Part shown: positions 58,309 to 64,000 of the stretch, in pieces
Layout of the letters: every line of letters starts with the position of its first letter
How positions within the stretch are numbered: position 1 is the stretch's first letter
Virus record (IMG/VR): IMGVR_UViG_3300048598_000287
Location: 32,001 to 96,000 of that record
Reading direction: 5' to 3' (one strand)
Length of the DNA: 64,000 bases
Origin: a virus
Lineage: Duplodnaviria > Caudoviricetes
The notes under the pieces: model-generated
Database searches by the model: none
What the model was told of the DNA's origin: nothing
The model's input: only the letters and a program-made list of their open reading frames with translations
Program-made: the position numbers and the translations under genes

Positions 58309-58803
58309 TTACGAAGACATCTTGTGGATGCTATTCAGTTTTTCAGCCATTTCGTCTTTTTCTGTTGATATGACATTTAACGCTCCATGAGCAAACGCAT
58401 TCTTGGCATTGCACAATTTATTAATTGCTGCCAGGTTAGGGGTTCCGTTTTTGTTTAATGTCGCAAACTTACCCACATATTCATCATTGATTAAATTGCA
58501 AACCTTACCAATGGGTGTAAATAGGACAAACGTTCCATCGAGGCGGATAAAACCGATTTCTACATCCACCCCGAATGCATCTATGCATACCGTGTAGTTA
58601 CTCAAATTATCGTTCAGTTCACATCCATTATCGTCTTCACTATCGGTTTCAATAGGATGCCGGTATATGTTATATACTTCTCCAAGAAGTTCCGCCGATT
58701 TTTCCGCAGAGCTATTAGAATATAGTGTGTTGACGTCCTTTTCCCATGCCTTTCCACTTTTCATCCTTTTGTTGTACATAATGTCCTCATTTATTAAAAA
58801 CAT
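58309..58803 (-). CDS. Hypothetical protein, tandem paralog
   Basis: Highly similar to 57800-58294. Confidence 0.7.
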   Translation of the reverse strand: MFLINEDIMYNKRMKSGKAWEKDVNTLYSNSSAEKSAELLGEVYNIYRHPIETDSEDDNGCELNDNLSNYTVCIDAFGVDVEIGFIRLDGTFVLFTPIGKVCNLINDEYVGKFATLNKNGTPNLAAINKLCNAKNAFAHGALNVISTEKDEMAEKLNSIHKMSS

Positions 58804-58882
58804 ATCCTTAATATATATTACTGAACTGCAAATCTGGCATTCTATATTAAATATATTTGCTGAAATACAAATCCGTTATTGT

Positions 58883-59833
58883 TCACCATGCGGTCGTCGT
58901 TTTTGCGAACAAATCTTCTATCCGTTCCTTTCCTATGAAACCGAACCTATTATTAAGATTTGCCGTTGACATACGGGCAACGGTCATATTAGGAACATCC
59001 ATATACATGGTGGCGCATGTTATATTGCCATCTGCGTCATGCACGTCGGTGTCGTCTCCCTGGAAAAGCATATTATACTCGGCGTCGCTAATGTTAAGCC
59101 CGGATTTAGGATTAATCTGAGAAATGCCAAGGCAGTCGAAAGACATCACGCGGAATTTCTCGGACAGCAATTTGACGTTATTCCTGAGCCATTCCATTCT
59201 CCCGTCCATCATAGATTCCGCCCTGTTCATATACGCATGACCGCGGCGAAGGTCCTTGTATCCAAGGACGAGCACTTTCCGGCCTTCCAGCGATGGAATG
59301 TCCTTTTCAGACAATATCCCGGCTATGGTATGAATGACCACGTTTTCGCCAAGAGTATCTATGAAATCGAAAATCTCATGGTCCGAACTGTCGGTAAGGG
59401 AAATTCCTATGCCATGCACAAGCCCGGATCCAACGATGTCGGATATGATCCCGGAGAACGGCCTTAGATGACGCTGATTTATGGTTATGTTAGATACTAT
59501 TCCCGTATCCTTAAGTTTTTCAAGGAACGGGATGATGGCCGGATGTGCAAGCGCGTTTCCTCCGCCTATGGCAAGCTCCGTACCGGGATGAAGACTATCC
59601 ATGGTTCCGCTTATCGCATCAAGATCGCCGTGACGCCCGGATAATGTGGAATCCTCGTGGCAATACGGGCATCCGCCGTCGCAATAGTCAGTTATTTTTA
59701 TGTCCATGTTCTCCGGAAACTCATATGTGAAATGATCCTCTGCAGGATCCATAGTTTCCTTCACTTTTGTCCCGTCGTCATACAGATTCACTGTATGATT
59801 TCCATTTGTATAGTTAGCGATTAGTTTTTTCAT
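58883..59833 (-). CDS. Radical SAM protein
   Basis: CDGGCPYC motif, ELAIGGG. Confidence 0.9.
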   Translation of the reverse strand: MKKLIANYTNGNHTVNLYDDGTKVKETMDPAEDHFTYEFPENMDIKITDYCDGGCPYCHEDSTLSGRHGDLDAISGTMDSLHPGTELAIGGGNALAHPAIIPFLEKLKDTGIVSNITINQRHLRPFSGIISDIVGSGLVHGIGISLTDSSDHEIFDFIDTLGENVVIHTIAGILSEKDIPSLEGRKVLVLGYKDLRRGHAYMNRAESMMDGRMEWLRNNVKLLSEKFRVMSFDCLGISQINPKSGLNISDAEYNMLFQGDDTDVHDADGNITCATMYMDVPNMTVARMSTANLNNRFGFIGKERIEDLFAKTTTAW

Positions 59834-59912
59834 AAATATAATATACAAAAAATACTTCCGGATAGGAAGGCTTTTGAAATATAATATATTAGGTTTAACC
59901 GTTAAAGATAGT

Positions 59913-60125
59913 TTACTTCACATGCCTAGTTTCACGAAATATGTTTTTAACCGCGCGTAACTCTTCTATTGCACGGTATTCGATCTCCCGGCAAAGTGAT
60001 ATTTCAGCATCGTGCAAATCTGCATAGGAAAATGGGCCATCACCATAAAGAGATGGCGCATCATATCCTATCGATTTAATGAGATTTTGCTGCAATACGT
60101 CGATGTCTGATTTTTTCATATCCAT
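59913..60125 (-). CDS. Hypothetical protein
   Basis: AAGGA RBS, 70 aa. Confidence 0.55.
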   Translation of the reverse strand: MDMKKSDIDVLQQNLIKSIGYDAPSLYGDGPFSYADLHDAEISLCREIEYRAIEELRAVKNIFRETRHVK

Positions 60126-60152
60126 GAATATCCTTTGCTTAATTGGCTGCGA

Positions 60153-61010
60153 TCATTCTATCATGTACGGATGTATTATCTTTCCATAGACGCTCGGGCG
60201 TATATACCGGCGGGAATCCACTACCACCGGAGTAGATGTCCCATGCGTGTACATCGTGATATAGCTGGATTGCATCACATGTTGTGAAAATAGGAAGAAC
60301 CGAGTTCCGGAAAAATACGTGGATATCACATATGTTAGCACCGTTTGGTCAAGTCTTGCTGATTCTCCTCCGTGACCGGTAAGGATAAGCATCGCCCACG
60401 TTATATCGTCGATTACATTCACCACCTTGCTGTTTTTCCGAAGTATCAGTGCTGACTGGAACAGAACGGCCCGGTTGAAATATGTCTTCCCAAAGAGTCT
60501 TTTCTGTGAGTCGGATTCTTCCCTGGGAAGACCCCGGAAAGATATCCATGTGGAAATCTCCTCATAAACGTTAGCCCGGTATGGATGGATGCCTATCCCT
60601 ATGTCAGAGGATGAAGACGAGAAATCGTCGTACAGCTTATCCAGGGATTTGTTTATCCTCATGCTGCCGTCTATGTATATGGATATCTCGGTATCTGCGA
60701 ATTCAAACGGATGATACCTGACATAGTTTACCTTGCTTATGGGTGACCGGTATTTTGAAAGGGCGGGAAATTCGTCGCAGTTCCGTACTTCCCATGTACG
60801 GCTTTTTACACCTTTACCGTCAGTCACCAATATATATCGGACATCGGAAGGCGCGTTGGCGACTTCTCTTACCGGCTCATACCCGCCCATTATGCATGAT
60901 ATTACGGTATACCGGTAACGCTTCTTTGGAGGTGAAACCGGCGGATCAGCCGTTGGTGTGCTTTCTGAATCTTTCCGACGCCTCAGACGCGACAGTAAGC
61001 CATTTATCAT
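60153..61010 (-). CDS. DUF616-like glycosyltransferase
   Basis: SCIMGGYE, LVTD, YIDGSM, HPYR..VYEE, DQ. Confidence 0.75.
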   Translation of the reverse strand: MINGLLSRLRRRKDSESTPTADPPVSPPKKRYRYTVISCIMGGYEPVREVANAPSDVRYILVTDGKGVKSRTWEVRNCDEFPALSKYRSPISKVNYVRYHPFEFADTEISIYIDGSMRINKSLDKLYDDFSSSSSDIGIGIHPYRANVYEEISTWISFRGLPREESDSQKRLFGKTYFNRAVLFQSALILRKNSKVVNVIDDITWAMLILTGHGGESARLDQTVLTYVISTYFSGTRFFLFSQHVMQSSYITMYTHGTSTPVVVDSRRYIRPSVYGKIIHPYMIE

Positions 61011-61719
61011 CAGTCAAGAGCTCCTTTATTCTGCTTCCAATGTTCGAAAGCGTGCAATATACGACAGAATTTCCGGCATATGAATCATTCCTTGACTTTT
61101 CAGTTAGGACGCATCTGCCGTTTATGAGAGGATAAAACAACCGGACGATTTCTTGATTCATGTAATCGTCGAACGCATGTATGTTAAGGATTATTTTCGA
61201 ATGGGAAATAAGATAATCCAGTGATTCGCCCGATACTCCAGTGGCCGTTACTATTTTTAACTTACGGTCATTTATCATTATGCCATGGAGTATCCGGTAT
61301 CTCCTAAGCGTTTCCTCTCCGTAAAACAGGACGTCATAAAGCATGTCGTCAGGTTTTATTTCGGGAAGTGTCTTGAGGGAATTAACCCATTTAATGGGAT
61401 GATACTTAACTCCGGATATGCCGTTCCTGGCTAAATAATTGATGTTCTCAAGATTATAATCCCATATTTCATCTGATTTTCTAAACCAAATCAGGGAGTC
61501 ATGGTTAACCCATGGAGAACCGTCATACAGCTGTTCTAAATTATAGACGGCAAGCTTGCACCCCGGATGCTTAGACCGTATGTCATCTATGTTATTGGGA
61601 TTCATCACGTTGTATCCTAAAACAACTACGGTATCGTCATAATTAGATGACGTGCATAAGCCTTCTATCATTGTCTTTACATGCTTGAACACAAATGGGT
61701 GATTATCTATTACATACAT
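60946..61719 (-). CDS. Glycosyltransferase-like protein
   Basis: YNLEQ, IWDY, DVLFYG, SKIILNIH, E..RL. Confidence 0.7.
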   Translation of the reverse strand: MYVIDNHPFVFKHVKTMIEGLCTSSNYDDTVVVLGYNVMNPNNIDDIRSKHPGCKLAVYNLEQLYDGSPWVNHDSLIWFRKSDEIWDYNLENINYLARNGISGVKYHPIKWVNSLKTLPEIKPDDMLYDVLFYGEETLRRYRILHGIMINDRKLKIVTATGVSGESLDYLISHSKIILNIHAFDDYMNQEIVRLFYPLINGRCVLTEKSRNDSYAGNSVVYCTLSNIGSRIKELLTDDKWLTVASEASERFRKHTNG

Positions 61720-61815
61720 TATGGAATCTCCTTGAAAGAATATACAAAAATATCATTCGTACGGCAAGCGCAAATCTCATATAAACTATATTATATGTTT
61801 AACTGATATAGATAT

Positions 61816-63618
61816 ATGAGAATTCCAGAGAAAATGCGGCTGCTCAGAGAAATGCAAAAGAAGCAAGACTTACTTTCCATTAAGGGAGGTAAATCGTTCG
61901 AAGATCTTGAGATATGGAAAACACCTAAAAAAGTAACTGAATATGCAGGCAATCGCAAAAGAATTCATTTAATTCACTGGTATGCAAAAAACAGATCGAG
62001 TCTAGAACTTACGGATGTAGAGAAATTTCATTTTACGATGCTATATCTATCGGATTTCGATTGCAAGTTTGATGAAATATACTTTACTGTCGCAATAGAT
62101 GATATGGATGCTGATCCGCTAAAAGAGTTTATCTCAGATAAAATTAATGAATTAACTAAATATGGAACTGCTAAATTGCATGTAAATTTCATAAAAAATA
62201 ATGTCAGCACGGGAGAGCTTGATACCTGGTTAAAATTGTTTGATTTCATTTATGACGATGATGAAGAGGCATTGCTTTTTTATTCGCATTTTAAAGGAAC
62301 AGGAAGGCATAATGATTCGAAAACTAATTTAAATGTAAAATACTGGGCATATCTACTGTATCAAGGATGCCTAATTGACGGATGGGAGACTAGTCAATCC
62401 GTATTAAATGATAAGGCATCATTCGGCGCATGTATAAATGAAAAAAACATAGACATAGAATATTATAAGGCGGAATTTCCATTTTGGAACGTCGTGCAGA
62501 ATGTTCAAAACAGAAAAGTATATACCGGAACGTTTTACTGGATTAATTCGCTGCATGCAAAACATATGCTGTCGGATAGAAAAATATGTAAGCAGGACAT
62601 ACATGATATACGTAACCTAAATAAAAGAGTAAATACGGGTAATTATCTAGCCGCCCCATGGTTCGCCGAATATTCTATTCCTAGCATTCTTAATGAACAG
62701 CCCACCGCATATTTCAGAAACTCAAATAAATATGATTTTCACGAATATGAATTGTATAATACCCGACATTTACCTGAATATATAAATAAATTCAACAATT
62801 TATATAATATGTGCATGGATAGAAAAGCAGTAGCCTCTATTACGCATAGCAGATGCATTCTATCTTGCATATTTAATAATTATGAAAAGGTTCATGAAAT
62901 AAGGCAACGATCTCCGGAAATCGACTATGTGATGATAACTGATGATCCGGACCTCAAATCTGACACCTGGACGGTGATTCATGAAAACGAATATCCTGAA
63001 TTAACTAAATTATCAGATCCTATTGCAAAATGCTGGTATGTCAGATTTCACCCGTTTGAATTCTGCCCAAGTGCGCAAACCGTATTTAAAATAGACGGGG
63101 ACATGGAGATAAATAAAACGCCGGAGAAATTATTCAATGATTTCGAAGCGGGCAAGAAAGACATAGGATTTGCAATACATCCATATAGATCTGATGTATA
63201 TTCAGAAATAGATGAATGGAAAAGGATAAGACCGGATAGGGCAAAACTTGCACAGCAGGAGCAATTTTTCAATAGCAAAAAATATAAATCAACCGGACTA
63301 ATAGAAAGCGGATATTTAATGATAAGCCATTCTGACCGTGCTAAAGAAATCCTTGACGTATCATGGAAGCTATGTGTTGATTGCCGGCCTGAAGGAAAAG
63401 AAGCCAGCCCGGTAGATCAAACATTGTTCACGTATTCAGTACATATGAATTTCGGGAATGGAGATAACTTCATGGTATATGATAGGCATCTGGTATCAAA
63501 TAGTTACATAACAATAATGGGGCATAATTCAAACATACCCGCTGCATTATTTGAAGATCCAAAATTGCCGGAAAGAACCATTTTCAATATTAAAATTAAC
63601 CCTTATTATATAGAGTGA
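61816..63618 (+). CDS. Two-domain glycosyltransferase with C-terminal DUF616-like domain
   Basis: YSHFKG/GTFYW N-terminal domain; C-terminal half paralogous to 60153-61010. Confidence 0.75.
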   Translation: MRIPEKMRLLREMQKKQDLLSIKGGKSFEDLEIWKTPKKVTEYAGNRKRIHLIHWYAKNRSSLELTDVEKFHFTMLYLSDFDCKFDEIYFTVAIDDMDADPLKEFISDKINELTKYGTAKLHVNFIKNNVSTGELDTWLKLFDFIYDDDEEALLFYSHFKGTGRHNDSKTNLNVKYWAYLLYQGCLIDGWETSQSVLNDKASFGACINEKNIDIEYYKAEFPFWNVVQNVQNRKVYTGTFYWINSLHAKHMLSDRKICKQDIHDIRNLNKRVNTGNYLAAPWFAEYSIPSILNEQPTAYFRNSNKYDFHEYELYNTRHLPEYINKFNNLYNMCMDRKAVASITHSRCILSCIFNNYEKVHEIRQRSPEIDYVMITDDPDLKSDTWTVIHENEYPELTKLSDPIAKCWYVRFHPFEFCPSAQTVFKIDGDMEINKTPEKLFNDFEAGKKDIGFAIHPYRSDVYSEIDEWKRIRPDRAKLAQQEQFFNSKKYKSTGLIESGYLMISHSDRAKEILDVSWKLCVDCRPEGKEASPVDQTLFTYSVHMNFGNGDNFMVYDRHLVSNSYITIMGHNSNIPAALFEDPKLPERTIFNIKINPYYIE

Positions 63619-63621
63619 ACC

Positions 63622-64000
63622 ATGCGAATACTTCTTACTAATTTGGCAATGAAATTCATTGGTGGAACTGAAGTATATGTATATTCCATAGCTGAAGAGC
63701 TTATTCGCCGTGGCTATATAGTATATTATTATACTCCAAATGATGGGGACATCGGATTCAGGCTAAGGCAAATCGGCGTGCATCGCTATTCTGATCAGCA
63801 GGTGGATCTTATATTATGCAATCATGATACGGTGAATGACCTTATGGGAACTGCTCCGGTTATTCAGACCTGCCATGGAATACTAAAGGAAGAGTTTCCT
63901 ATACGCGAAGCAAATAAATATATCGCGATAAGTGAAGAAATCCAGGAATTGTTGAAAGGCAAAGGAATACATGCAGAAATAATACGAAATGGGGTGAACC
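63622..64000 (+). CDS. GT4-like glycosyltransferase, 3' truncated
   Basis: MRILLTN...GGTEVY...QTCHG...IAISEE...IRNG. Confidence 0.75.
   Translation, partial: MRILLTNLAMKFIGGTEVYVYSIAEELIRRGYIVYYYTPNDGDIGFRLRQIGVHRYSDQQVDLILCNHDTVNDLMGTAPVIQTCHGILKEEFPIREANKYIAISEEIQELLKGKGIHAEIIRNGVN

Noticed and set aside
1-64000. Eukaryotic giant virus origin; tRNA or rRNA genes
   Set aside because: Shine-Dalgarno sites, sigma70 promoters, intrinsic terminators and T4-like genes indicate a phage; no tRNA or rRNA recognised by eye (tRNAscan not run)

Overview
A 64-kb segment of a large, T4-like/jumbo dsDNA bacteriophage genome read in the standard genetic code. It encodes a family B DNA polymerase, two RNA ligases, three DNA methyltransferases, NADAR, a DenV-like glycosylase, an intein-containing nuclease, radical SAM, VWA and glycosyltransferase genes, and a solo-tnpB insertion sequence. 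A captured integron cassette with a Treponema-like attC suggests a spirochaete host (inference). The main observation is a Cas-less, CRISPR-like system present ten times. Each copy is a ~140-aa orphan gene (starting MAELTIEEARKIY) whose C-terminal coding sequence contains the first copy of a ~35-bp repeat (RTGAA-N7-TTCGGATTGRATGATGTTACACC). That repeat opens a mini-array with mostly unique, mostly 30-33-nt spacers (period 66-68 bp). Two adjacent spacers of one array match, antisense and collinearly, the expanded WYD-repeat gene family of this genome; one match is 23/24 nt. Several WYD genes carry the same ~33-aa N-terminal leader as the array-linked proteins. All family assignments come from motif recognition by eye, not database searches.
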